DNA of 62,976 nucleotides, filler included, from Octopus bimaculoides (Eukaryota), in assembly GCF_001194135.2 (NCBI RefSeq). It is 5 parts of 5 records of this genome, joined end to end, with 100 filler letters (N's around TTAATTAATTAA, not from the genome) between each part and the next. Parts side by side here need not be neighbours in the genome. Positions count along the whole stretch, not along the records: positions 9,541 to 40,882 come from NC_068990.1; 4 more parts are not named here. The stretch is one strand, 5' to 3'. Position 1 is the stretch's first letter, and each line of letters begins with the position of its first letter. This document shows positions 9,541 through 21,435 of the stretch, in pieces. The position numbers and the translations under genes were made by a program. The notes under the pieces were generated by a model, which was not told the DNA's origin, did no database searches, and saw only the letters and a list, made by a program, of their open reading frames with translations.

Positions 9541-12500
9541 TTTACAGGTCACTAGCACAGAAGCAAGACAGCTGTTCTGGCAATGAACACGCTCGACAGT
9601 GCTGTTAGTGCTCCACTGTATGGTTCAATTACGATTTCACTTGCCCCAACAGGTTTTCGCAAGCAGAGTTTAGTGTCCAATGAAGGAGTAGTTGGTATGG
9701 GTGCCAGTCGTCGGATTCGGTTCGATTTCGATTTCAGATTTCAAATTTCGAACTCCTAATTCACTTGCCTCAACAGGTCTTCGAAAGCAGGGTTTTTAGT
9801 GTCCAATGAAGTAAGGATACGGATTACTGAGCTGGCTACACTTCTGGCAGGGATCACAGATTATGCTCTCACTTGGCTTGCCGGTTCTTCTCACGTACTG
9901 CATATTTCCAAAGGTCCCAGTCACTGGTCATTGCCTCGGTGAGGCCTAAAGTTCGAAGGTCGTGCCTCACCACCTCATCCCAGGTCTTCCTGGGCCTACC
10001 TCTTCCACAGGTTCCCTCAACTGCTAGGGTGTGGCACTTTTTCACACAGCTATCCTCATCCATTCTTGCCACATGTCCATACCAGCGCAGTCGTCTCTCT
10101 TGCACACCACAATTGATGCTTCTTAGGTCTAACTTTTCTCTCAAGGTACTTATACTCTGTCGAGTATGCACTCTTACATTAAACATCCATCGGAGCATAC
10201 TGGCTTCATTTCTTGCAAGCTTACGCATGTCCTCAGCAGTCACAGCCCATGTTTCACTGCCATGTAGCATGGCTGTTTGTACACATGCGTCATACAGTCT
10301 GCCTTTTACTCTGAGTGAGAGGCCCTTTGTCACCAGCAGAGGTAAGAGCTCTCTAAACTTTGCCCAAGCTATTCTTATTCTAGCAGCTACACTTTCAGTG
10401 CACCCTTCCCGCTACTAACTTGGTCACCTACGTAGCGGAAGCTATCAACTACTTCTAGTTTTTTACCCTGGAGTGTGGTAAAGGTTGTTTTCTGCACATT
10501 TTCAGTGTTTATTGCTCTTGAGCATCTACCACATACAAACACTATCTTGTTAGTTAGCCCTCCTTTGATATTACTGCACCTCTTATGTGTTCATAGCTTA
10601 CACTGGGTACATCTTATGGAGTTTCTACCCACGCCTTTTCTACAGATCGAGCAGGGCCATCTACCAGAAGGGGTTTGTGGTTTGTCTACCTTCTTACTTA
10701 TTAGGACTTTGGTTTTATCTAGGTTGACTCTAAGGCCCTTCAATTATAGTCCTTGCTTCCATACCTGAAACTTCTCTAGTTCTGATAGTGACTCAGCAAT
10801 TAGGGCAAGGTCATCAGCATCGAGGAGCTCCTAGGGGCATCCCATCTTGAATTCCTGTATTATTGCCTGGAGGACAATAAATAGGAGGGGCGCTGAGGAT
10901 TGAACCTTGGTGGACTCCTACCTCCACCCGTGACCTTCATTACCTCCGTGACCTTCATTACCTCGTCCAACAACTTGATACCTCTGTAATTGTTTGTGTC
11001 TAGAGCGTCACCTTTACCTTTGTAGCAATTGACTATGGTGCTGCTACACCAGTCATTGGGTATGACTCCTTCGTGTATTACCTGATTAACTATACTGGTG
11101 ACTAGGCTATAGCCGACACTGTCAGATATTTTGAACATCTCTGCAGTGATTCCTGATGGACCGGAGGCTTTCCCTGTCTTCATACTCTTGATCGCTTTAT
11201 CTACTAAGGTACTGTCAATTAGGATAGCTGGTTCCTCTGTTGTGTCGACATGCGGCAGACTCTCTTCCTCCCATCCATTCTCTTTATGAAGCAGCCTTTC
11301 ATAGTGGTGTCTCCGAACCTCTTCCTTTGCAGCCTTGTTTAGTGCAAGTGAGCCATAATCCATGCGGACACATTTCTCTCCTATGACATCACGATTCTCT
11401 CTCACACACTGTCTTGCAACACAAAATACTTCAAGTCTTTGGTCCTCACGGCGCAGAACATTGGCAAATCTTTTCTTATCTGCTTCCCCTCTGGCTAAAT
11501 AAACCTGTCTCCTAGCGTCTGGCAGTCTGATGCAATTCCCTGCTACCTTCATTCTTCCAGTCCTTCCAAGCCTCTTTCTTTTGTCTAATAGCCCTGTTAA
11601 CCACATTGTTCCACCACCATGTTACTTTGGCTCGAGAGGGGACTTTGCACCAGCCACAGATCTGGTCTGTGGCTCTCAGCAGGTTGTCCCGTAGAACCCT
11701 CCAATTGTCTTTCACGTTGTGTGATGCTATATCCCCTTCTATTTCGTCAAATGCTTCGAGTAAGACATTTCTAAATCTCTGTCCATTTGCAGGATCTTTA
11801 AGCTTCCAATGCCTTCTCCTCCAAGCTGGTCTACTTCTGGACATCCATTTTGTCTTGATCCCGAAGTCGTTAACTACTAATCTGTTTTGAGGGGTACATT
11901 CTTTGCCAGGGAAAGGTTTTTGGTATTTATAAGCCGCCCTCTTTCCCTGTTTCTGGCGAGGATGTAGTCGACTTGGCTAGTGTGTTTGCCAGAACGGTAG
12001 GTGACTAGGTGACAGGCAGATTTCTTGAAGTTGGTATTGCAAACCATAAGATCGTTTGCATCACAGAAATCCAGCAGTCTGGCTTCCTCCTCATTGTGGG
12101 AACCGAGGCCATAGCCTCCATGTACGCCATGGAAGCCCCCAGCATGTTGTCCAACATGACCATTGAAATCACCAGCCACAAAGAGAAGTCCCCTGTCATT
12201 CGTCAATGAGGTAGTTTGAAAGAGGGTGTTGTAGAATTGGTCTTTCTGCCCATCCGGTTGCCCCGGTTGAAGGGCATAAGCCGAGATGACGGTAACTAAC
12301 CTATGGTGAAGCACTAGTCTAATCTTAAGTACTCTGTTACATACTCTGACTACCTCGATTACCTTATCAACCCATTTCTCTGCTAGAAGTATTCCCACGC
12401 CCCATCAGTGTTCCCTGCCCAGAAAATCTTGTACCTGTGTTCTTTGCCTGTGAGGTACCTCGCGGAACCTCCTCTCCACCTTACTTCTTGGATGCAGCAC

Positions 12501-12655
12501 AAATCTACGTGTCTCCATTCTAGCATCTCAACAATCTCACCAGACCTACCTTTCAGTGTGCTGGTGTTGAGAGTGCCAATTCTGACGGTGTGGGAGGTGT
12601 GGGCCTGTGAGACCCTGGGTTGGGGAAAAGCAGTGTCGTGTACCTGACAAGAAAG
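9541..12655 (-). mobile_element. RTE-clade LINE, near full-length, pseudogenised (APE endonuclease + reverse transcriptase)
   Basis: Frameshifted minus ORFs: RIGTLNTSTLKGRS..DLCCIQEVRWRG (APE N-terminus), LFVAGDFNGHVG, SQVDYIL, KASGPSGITAEM, NYRGIKLL, ELLDADDL (YADD mutated), LHGSETW, RRLRWYGHV..GRGRPRKTW. The 3' UTR spans 9541-9868. The central RT segment is deleted near 10925. Confidence 0.95.
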
Positions 12656-13964
12656 CTTGCATTTGGCAGAATTCATAAACAAAACAATGCCTACAACCTG
12701 CATACACTACACAATCTTTATGCACTATAAGATCGATAAAACCCAGGGTAGGGAAGGGGATGGTATAAGGCCAGTAAGTTTAAAGGGAGAGCCACTTCTG
12801 CACTTTGATACTATGGTAGACAAATTTAGACAGATTTAGAGAGAATGAGTTAAAGGAACGATAAACTTGAATATAGTAAATAAAATAAATAAATAAATGA
12901 AGCGTGGCGATTAAAAGGAATGCATAAATTTAAGACAAAACAGAACGGGCAATGTTTATGTGGAAAAGAAATAGATAGATAATAAAGAACAGACGGGGGG
13001 ACATATACATATACATATATACATATATATATAAAAACACACATACACATACATACATACACACATATATATACATACTAACACATACAGACTAAAACAC
13101 ACACATNNNNNNNNNNNNNNNNNNNNNNNNNNNNNNNNNNNNNNNNNNNNNNNNNNNNNNNNNNNNNNNNNNNNNNNNNNNNNNNNNNNNNNNNNNNNNN
13201 NNNNNNNNNNNNNNNNNNNNNNNNNNNNNNNNNNNNNNNNNNNNNNNNNNNNNNNNNNNNNNNNNNNNNNNNNNNNNNNNNNNNNNNNNNNNNNNNNNNN
13301 NNNNNNNNNNNNNNNNNNNNNNNNNNNNNNNNNNNNNNNNNNNNNNNNNNNNNNNNNNNNNNNNNNNNNNNNNNNNNNNNNNNNNNNGAATGCTTAAATC
13401 GTGAGACAGAAGTGAAAAATATTTTGGGGATTTCGGGAAACACTAAATTTCAAGGGAGAGCCACTTCTGAACTCTTATACTATGGTAGACAAATTTAGAG
13501 AGATTTAGAGAGAATGAGTTAAAGGAACGATAAACTTAAATAAAGTAAAGAAAAATAAATAAGTGAAGTGTGGCGATTAAAAGGAATGCATGAATTTAAG
13601 ACAAAACAGGGAACGGGCGATGTTTACATGGAAAAGAAATAGATAGATAATAAAGAACAGACGGGGGGACATATACATATACATATATACATATATATAT
13701 AAAAACACACATACACATACATACATACACACATATATATACATACTAACACATACAGACTAAAACACACACATTTATACATATACATATACATACATAT
13801 ACATATATATATATGTATATATATAAACATACATATACATACATATACACACGTGCACTCATATATATAAATATATATACACGCACATTTAAACACCCAC
13901 ACACACAAATATATATATATATAAATATATAAAAAACACAATTAGCTAAAATTATTATATAAAT

Positions 13965-14780
13965 AAAGTAATTTATGTCTACATTTTATTTTTCTTTCAT
14001 CATAAGAATTAATTAAAGTGTTATAATTATGAAATAATATCTCCTTCAATTCATTATTACATAAATTACAAAAATTATTACCTATAAGATAGGATTTCGC
14101 CTTACAAACTATCGCCCATTTTAAAATGTAGTTAATATTTTAAGATTTAAGTTCCCAAATATATTTACTAAGGCCAGTAGAATTAATCAAATTTCTATTC
14201 TTAAATGAGTGCATATGTTGAGCCACTCGTAATTTAATTTTATTAGAAGTCGATCCTATATGAATCTTATTTAAATTATAACCATTATGTTCATTCCCAT
14301 CCATTAAAGTCACTATGCATTTATACACGACATCCTTCAAATTGCATTTATTATTAAATTTATATTTAGTCTTATCTCTACATGTACAATTAATTATATC
14401 CTGGTCACATTATTATTATTATTAGAATAAGTATTAAATTTATATTTATAATACTTATTTAACTTAAATCTATTAAAAGAAGAGATAATGTTAGCAACAT
14501 TATTAGTAGTAGAATAACCTACACCAAAATTATTAGTAGAAAATATATCATAATATTTTTTATTATCTCCAAGGAATATATCAATAACTTTTAAAATTTC
14601 TTTAATAATGTTAGTTTTAACTTGAACGCGGTATGGAATGATTAGCCAGAGTTTGTTCTTATTATAGATATTATTGTATTTATTATTAATATTATCAAAT
14701 TTATTATTATCATTAAAAAAATTAAAATTAAATCTATTATTGTTTCCATTACAATTATGTTTATATATATATCACTTTTT
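13965..14780 (-). mobile_element. Penelope-like element remnant (GIY-YIG endonuclease region)
   Basis: DVVYKCIV...KIHIGSTSNKIKLRVAQHMHSFKNRNLINSTGLSKYIWELK, continued by KWAIVCKAKSYLIGNNFCNLCNNE, matches the Penelope GIY-YIG and C-terminal CxLCxxE pattern. Confidence 0.8.
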
Positions 14781-14902
14781 TGTCTGTATCATATGATATA
14801 CATTCGATGCTTCTAAAAATCAAATGTAAGTTTGTTTATATACACATGTGNNNNNNNNNNAGTGGCCTAGCATGTAAAAACGTCAATAGACAACATTTTC
14901 TA

Positions 14903-15019
14903 TATAAAGTATAAGAGAAATTACCTATAACAGGTAACTTCTACACGCTAGAAGACAGTTTGACTGTCTTCTAGCGTGTAGAAGTTACCTGTTGTAGGTA
15001 ATTTCTCTTATATTTTATA
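14903..15019. repeat. Near-perfect hairpin (about 50-57 bp arms, 3-nt loop)
   Basis: TATAAGAGAAATTACCTATAACAGGTAACTTCTACACGCTAGAAGACAGT-TTG-ACTGTCTTCTAGCGTGTAGAAGTTACCTGTTGTAGGTAATTTCTCTTATA; one mismatch in 50 bp. Confidence 0.95.
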
Positions 15020-15023
15020 TTGT

Positions 15024-15057
<34 letters not shown>

Positions 15058-15079
15058 GCGTACATAATATATACATATA

Positions 15080-15890
15080 TGACATTAGTTGACTCATTCA
15101 TCTACCTTGACAGCACTCTCTATAGAGATGGATCTCTTGATTCTGAAATAAACTTGAGAATTGAAAAAGCCAGCAAAGCATTTGGAAGGCTTGAAAATCG
15201 TGTGTTGTCTTTTAGAGGTATCACCTTCAAAATCTTTCATTTTAATGGTCCTCCTGTACTCTTCTGAACCTGGATGCCATATTGGTGCCACATCAAGGCT
15301 TTAGAAAGCTTCCATCAGACTTGCCTAATGAAGGTACTAGACATCAAACGGAAGTCCTTAACACCAGACACTGTTGTTCTTCAGCAAGCTAACACATTCA
15401 GTATTGAAATTATCCTCATATGCAATCAGCTACGTTGGGTTGGGCACCTTGCTAGGATGCAGGATGACAGGTTGCCAAAGCAGTTGTTTTATGGGGAGTT
15501 GTAGTATGGAAAACGTCAGAGACATAAACCTAAGAAACGTTTTAAGGATGCTGTCAAAAGCAACCTTAAGGCTCTTAATGTGAAAGTTGAAGACTGGGAG
15601 CAGATGATGCAAGATTGATCGGTTTGGAAACAAATAATCTACAATAGATGTAAAGCATTTGAAGCTCAAAGAATTGAACAATCTATCTTGAAACGAGCAC
15701 TTTGTAGACAGGACTTAACTACAATCCCAGACATTTTCTGCTTTAAAATATTTGTGAGACCCGCAGTAGAGTTTGTTTGTCAAAAGCAGGACTTGCTAGT
15801 CATATAAGATCTCATGAGAGTATTTATTAATCGAAGAGATGACCTTCTTCTGTAAAGAAGTAGCAATCATCATCATCATCATCATCATAT
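15080..15890 (+). mobile_element. 5'-truncated RTE-type LINE (RT C-terminus with zinc finger), second family
   Basis: VDSFIYLDSTL..DSEINLRIEKASKAFGRL, LRWVGHLARMQDDRLPKQLFYGEL, KPKKRFKDAVKSNLK, C-terminal C..LSKAGLASHIRSH, and a (CAT)n tail. Several stops. Confidence 0.85.
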
Positions 15891-15914
15891 ACATATATAT
15901 CTATATATATATAT

Positions 15915-16578
15915 ATTCTTTTATTTGTTTCAGTCATTTGACTGCAGCCATGTTGGAGCACTGCCTTTAGTCAAACAATTCAACCCCAGGACTTATTCTT
16001 TGTAAGCCTAGTACTTATTCTATCATCTCTTTTGCTGAATTGCTAAGTTACGGGGACATAAATGCACCAGCATTGGTTGTCAAGCAATGGTGGGGCGACA
16101 AACACAAACATACATATATATATATATAAAAACAAATAGTAAATGAGTATATGCATATATACGTACAGGTATGTGCGTACCGACATCCACCTGTATGTAT
16201 AGGTGCATATCTGGGTACAGGACATTGCAAACAAAACGTAGACGAGAAAACACACAAGCCACATAGAGAACATTCTACTTCATCAGCTACCCCCGTTTTA
16301 ACACCAGCGTTTCGAAGAGCTGGGCAGGATACATCGTTAAAACGGCTCTTCCCATGGACCGCAAATTAAATTTGTATACACAAATTAAATCTTGCCATGG
16401 AGGAATGTAGTGGCGGACAGACAGGCTTCTTTCAGTTTCCATCTACCAAATCCACTCACAAGGCTTTGATCAGCCTGAGGCTATAGTAGAAGACACTTTC
16501 CCAAGGTGCCACACAGTGGGACTGAACCCGGAATCATGTGGTTGGTAAGTAAGCTACTTACCACACAGCCACTCCTGT
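15915..16578 (-). mobile_element. SINE family A, both halves, with an expanded internal spacer
   Basis: 3' half at 15915-16110 and 5' head at 16422-16578, separated by microsatellite and ~300 bp of other sequence. Same two-part layout as 53575-53930. Confidence 0.75.
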
Positions 16579-16604
16579 GCATATATATATATAACATATC
16601 TATA

Positions 16605-16810
16605 TCTTTTATCTTTTATTTGTTTCAGTCATTAGATTGCAGCCATGCTGGGGCACTACCTTGAAGAATTTTAGTTGAATGAATTAACCCCAGTACTTTT
16701 TTTAAAGCCTGGTGCACTTTTTATCGGTCTTTTTTGTTGAACCGCAAAGTTACAGGGGCATAAATATCCCAACATTATTTGTCAATCGATGGTGGGAAAA
16801 CAAACACAAC
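16605..16810 (-). mobile_element. SINE family A 3' half
   Basis: TTTGTTTCAGTCATT...CAGCCATGCTGGGGCACT...GTTACAGGGGCATAAA matches 15915-16110. Confidence 0.7.
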
Positions 16811-16978
16811 CATGCACGCGTGCACACACACACACACACACATACACATAAATGGGCAGCTTGTATCACAGGTGGTTCCAATTCCCAACATCACAGATTA
16901 CTAACAAAAAACAATGTGTTGCATGACTAAAAATTTTAAGTTCTATTTTAATTGCTTTATGGTGGGAAAGTGTTTGTC

Positions 16979-17022
<44 letters not shown>

Positions 17023-17480
17023 ATTTAGTTGACTGGTATGATGGTCTAGTATACCTGGTGGTAGACATATACAGGCAGGTGGTAACAACATTGTGTGGTA
17101 ATCTTTAGTAGCAGCTGGGGATGTGATGATGTTTAGTGCTTATTACTCTATGTGTATGTGAATGTTTATGCCATACATGCATACATACATACATACTCTC
17201 TCACACACACACATACTTACATACATATATGCATACATACATACATATATATATATACATACACATATTCATATACATATATGTGTGTGTGTGCGTGTGT
17301 GTGTGTGTGCGTGTGTGTGTGTGTGTGTGTATTTACATGTATGCATATACAAGTGTCTCTGTGTGTATGTAGTGTGTATAGATACACATATGCACATATA
17401 TATATATACATATGTGAGTGTATGTATGTGTGTGTGCATGTATATATATATATATACATACATACAAATACACACCTACA

Positions 17481-17515
<35 letters not shown>

Positions 17516-18049
17516 GCATACAAACACATTTTCTTATTGTCTTTCATTTGTCTATTGGTATGTAAATTCTTTTTTTCTGGTCTTTAAGAGGATTACACAC
17601 ACACACACACATTCATGTGACAATAGCTAAAGATTAGAAATCCTTATCCCAGGGATATTACATTATTTTATTGTGTATTAAGAAATGAAAGACAAATGAA
17701 GCACCTCATTACAGAATGGGTGACCTCATCATCATGACATCTTTAATCCACACAAATAAACTGTTAATTTAGTGCATCTTAAAGTGTATACATACATGCG
17801 TTTGTGTGTGTGTGTGTGAAGATGCAGAGCTCAATGGTTAGAGAATTGGGCTTACAATCATAAGGTTGTAAGTTCAATCATGGATGCCCTAAAGAAGAAA
17901 TTCCTCTCTGTTCTCTTTGGTCTCTACAGAGATGACGCCAACACCAACATCACCACTGATGATATCCCCTACACCAGCATTAACTATGCCAACAACAGCA
18001 GAAGTAGTGGTGTCAACATCAACAGAGCAGCAACACCAACAGCAGCATA

Positions 18050-18482
18050 GCACTGTCTGAGCGTGATCGTTGCCAGAGCAGCTGCCTGGCTTCCATGCCG
18101 GTGGCATGTAAATAGCACCATTTGAGCGTGATCGTTACCAACATCACCTTCCTGGCACTTGTGTCAGCGGCACGTGAAAAGACATTCGAGTAAAATCGTT
18201 GCCAGTGCCGCTGGACTGGCTCCTGTGCAGGTGGCACATAAAATACACCATTTTGAGCATGGCCGTTGCCAGTACCACCTGACTGGCCTTCATGCCGGTG
18301 GCACGTAAAAGCACCCACTACACTCTCAGAGTGGTTGGTGTTAGGAAGGGCATCCAGCTGTAGAAACTCTGCCAAATCAGATTGGAGCCTGGTGTAGCCT
18401 TCTGGTCCACCAATCCTCAGTCAAATCGTCCAACCCATGCTAGCATGGAAAGCGGACGTTAAACGACGATGATGATGATGAT
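18050..18482 (+). mobile_element. RTE LINE 3' UTR-only copy with (GAT)n tail
   Basis: Same sequence as the 3' UTR that follows the RTE ORF at 27244-27505 (GGTTGGCGTTAGGAAGGGCATCCAGCTGTAGAAACTCTGCC...GGAAAGCGGACGTTAAACGA(TGA)n). Four ~65-bp subrepeats. Confidence 0.85.
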
Positions 18483-18599
18483 GTTGTTCCAGAAACACTT
18501 TCAAGCAGCACCTCTCCAACCACAAATCCTTGATTAGGATCCCTGAGAGATGTTATACTACATCTTTGGCCAGCCATGTGTGGTGCCTGAAGGGACTCC

Positions 18600-18710
18600 A
18601 CATGTAATTACATGGAAGATCCTAGAAAAATTGGATCCCTACATCAACGGGTTCAAATGTTACAAGCTGTGCATAGTAGAATGGGTGGGGATATTAAGAA
18701 ACTCCCTTGA
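18600..18710 (+). mobile_element. Very short Penelope-like GIY-YIG C-terminal remnant
   Basis: ITWKILEKLDPYINGFKCYKLCIVE..IL parallels KWEILSKSRPYISRSKKCSVCSLEKRYLL at 35361-35450. Confidence 0.45.
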
Positions 18711-20867
18711 CCTTAAATTTCAGAACGGAAGTCTTCGGACCCTGCTTACACTTCAGGCAATTCCTGCTGAAATCTTTGGACCTGCAAGCTGACTGGGTGG
18801 ATTCTAGATAGTTGTCTAAGGGAGACAATCCCTTTCACTTGACTTTTCTTTTTTGTATGTTCAAAAACTAGTCGCAAGGCCTTTTCTCCCTCCATTTTGA
18901 AGAGAAGTTATAGGCCACTGGCCATTAAGGTCTAATGAGGTATATGTAAAGCTAAGCGCTTTATGGATGTGAAACCCTGGGTAATCCTATGAACTGGCCA
19001 TAACTATCTTTCTCTAAATACTCTACTGCTCTATTTTCTTTCAGATTTATGATTTACTGACATTATATATATATATATATGTGTGTGTGCAAATATTTAT
19101 ATATGTATATATAATAATAGTGATAATAGTAATCGATAAATGAAATGGAAGATGGATTTGGCATTAGTCTTTATTCAGTATGACGATCATTTACATCCCT
19201 CCTGCGACTGTCCTTTATGGGTGGGATGTTGTGCATCCAATTTTGTTGCCTTGATCAGTGCAGTCTTTGTCACATCAGATACATGCATACATAAAAGTGG
19301 TGTCCCACTAAATATATTGAGTTCTCACAGTCATGTTGATGCTTGTCCACTGTACCAGCAAATGGGGCTAGCTACAGCTGTCCTTATATTAAATCAGGGG
19401 TGGGGAAACCGCTGCCCGCAAGCCCATTTTATTGTACCCACAGGCTGATATACTCGTATGTATAAAATAAAGTAAATTTTTCAATTATATAATTTATACA
19501 ATACTCATATACCTATTCACGACATAGGTCGGGTTTCCACTATGACTTAAAACGGTCAGACTCGAACAGAAATCCTGTGGTAATTGCCATTTGAATGGAA
19601 ATATTGTTTTCACTATAAAACACATATTGCTAGGTATGTACCACCCCTTGAGACCCAACTACACTTTAGCTGAGAAAGCTAAAAATATATTGCACGTATC
19701 GAAATAATTTTTATATGAAACAAAAGCTGAAGGGTTGTAGAAGATTCAGTGTAAAAATTATTTATATCCAAGAACCCCAAGTGTTTAAATTTTCCTCCTT
19801 ATTTCATTCTTCATGTTTTTACAAAAAACAAATCTCTGAAATCGACACTCACGCTCTTTCTGTCAATTAATAAGCAAAAAATATTTTTAAATCTATTAAA
19901 AATCAGAAACAAACTGGCAAAGCTTCATCGAAACAGAAACTACTAATTTGGTGCTTTGTGAAAAGGAAAAATAACGTTTTTTGAAAGGAATGTCATATTT
20001 TTGCTATCAATCGGTGTCAAGAAGGTCAACAGGAGTTACTTTCATCTGCCATCGGCTTATCAGTTATCGCCCTTCCCTATCTACTTGCTTGTCAACACCT
20101 GTGTGGACAAAGTTAAACTTTGCAGAAACAAACAATATCTTAATTTTTTGGAGATTTTTATTTTTTTACAATTTTTACAACACTAAACACATGTGTAAAA
20201 ATTAACACTTCCTTCTCTAAGCCTAGATTCGAAACCGAATCTAAGAATTCTCGGTCATTCAAACCACCACGATCAACAGGCACAAAAACAGGTTTTCTTT
20301 GTCCTGTCAAAAAGTGATTGATCATCTCTCTTTGACATGTGACTTCAGCCATGTCAGGTGAAGTTCAAATAGACAGGAGCTGACCTATTTAGGTACAAAT
20401 TCTGCTCCAGTATGTCTATCCTTCTAGCTGCCATGAATATTATAAATGCGGTAGTCGACAGAGAGACAGACAAGAAGAAAGGCTGAATGACCGCAGAGAC
20501 CGAGAGAGATGATCGAAGTTCCATGGTAGACTACTGTCTCAGATGAACTATGCACGCACACACACACACAAACATATTCATTTCTGACATATCACTTCCA
20601 CAGATGTACTCTGTTTCTATTTCTGGCAACATTTTGCATGTAGTGAAGAATTATGTGTACCAACGACAAATTAAGTCCAGTGAATAAATTATTTTAACTA
20701 TGAATCGATTCACTCATTTGTTTACTTCAAAGGCATACACATTCCTTTTGCATCTGTTCACCTGATACACATATTTAACCACTACATTTGGTGACCCCGT
20801 CAATGAATTGCAGCCTTCCCTTGAACCAGCTTCACCCACTGCATTTGGAATATGAAAACAATTTTTG

Positions 20868-21435
20868 GGATCTTTTTTAAAACGGGGGCCACATTTTTCA
20901 TTAACGAAACACTTTGAAACTTGGAACACTGGTAGAATGTGTCATATAAAACATCTTTTTCTCTTAGTCTTCTTTAAAAAAAAAGAAATCCATAAGTTAT
21001 TCCATGTTAAAGTTGTCGTATTTCTGTAATTTCAATCAATCACTGACGTCCATTCAGCCGATATACATTAAGTGCCGACTACATAAACAAACGATTCTGA
21101 AACAATTAACCCTAACCCTAACCCTAGGGTTAGGGTTAGGGTTAAAGCAAATTTAAAATGAAGAAAGCAAATAAAACGAAGGTATGGAGATTAAATACGC
21201 TTTACATCGCTTAATCAGCCAAAGGAGTAAATGTAAACAACTGAATATTTGTCAGTGATTGGTTGAAATTATCGAAATAAGACAATTTTTTACATGAAAT
21301 AAATTCGAATACAAAAATATTTTTCTGTTCTATAACACAAAATAGATAAGTATATGAAGTTTGAAAGTCTTTCCGTACCAAAAACACTACGTAAAACATT
21401 AATGAAAAATGTGGCCCCCGTTTTAAAATAGATCC
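20868..21435. mobile_element. Non-autonomous DNA transposon (Merlin-like MITE) inserted in the Gypsy leader
   Basis: 37-bp TIRs GGATCTTTTTTAAAACGGGGGCCACATTTTTCATTAA (1 mismatch), further degenerate subterminal symmetry, exact 8-bp TSD AATTTTTG (20860-20867, 21436-21443). GG termini with an 8-bp TSD fit Merlin; superfamily not verified. Confidence 0.85.
21106..21145. repeat. Perfect 40-bp palindrome of telomeric repeats
   Basis: TTAACCCTAACCCTAACCCTAGGGTTAGGGTTAGGGTTAA equals its own reverse complement. Confidence 0.97.

Noticed and set aside
9635-9813. Possible HDV-like ribozyme in the RTE 3' UTR repeats
   Set aside because: The nested double-pseudoknot pairings could not be assigned, and RTE HDV-like ribozymes are normally at the 5' end.
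17821-17890. tRNA-like sequence; also all SINE heads
   Set aside because: No complete cloverleaf or acceptor stem; these are SINE-derived, not tRNA genes.
18059-18310. Regularly spaced repeats resembling a CRISPR array
   Set aside because: Eukaryotic context, degenerate whole-unit repeats without unique spacers, part of a LINE 3' UTR, and no cas genes.
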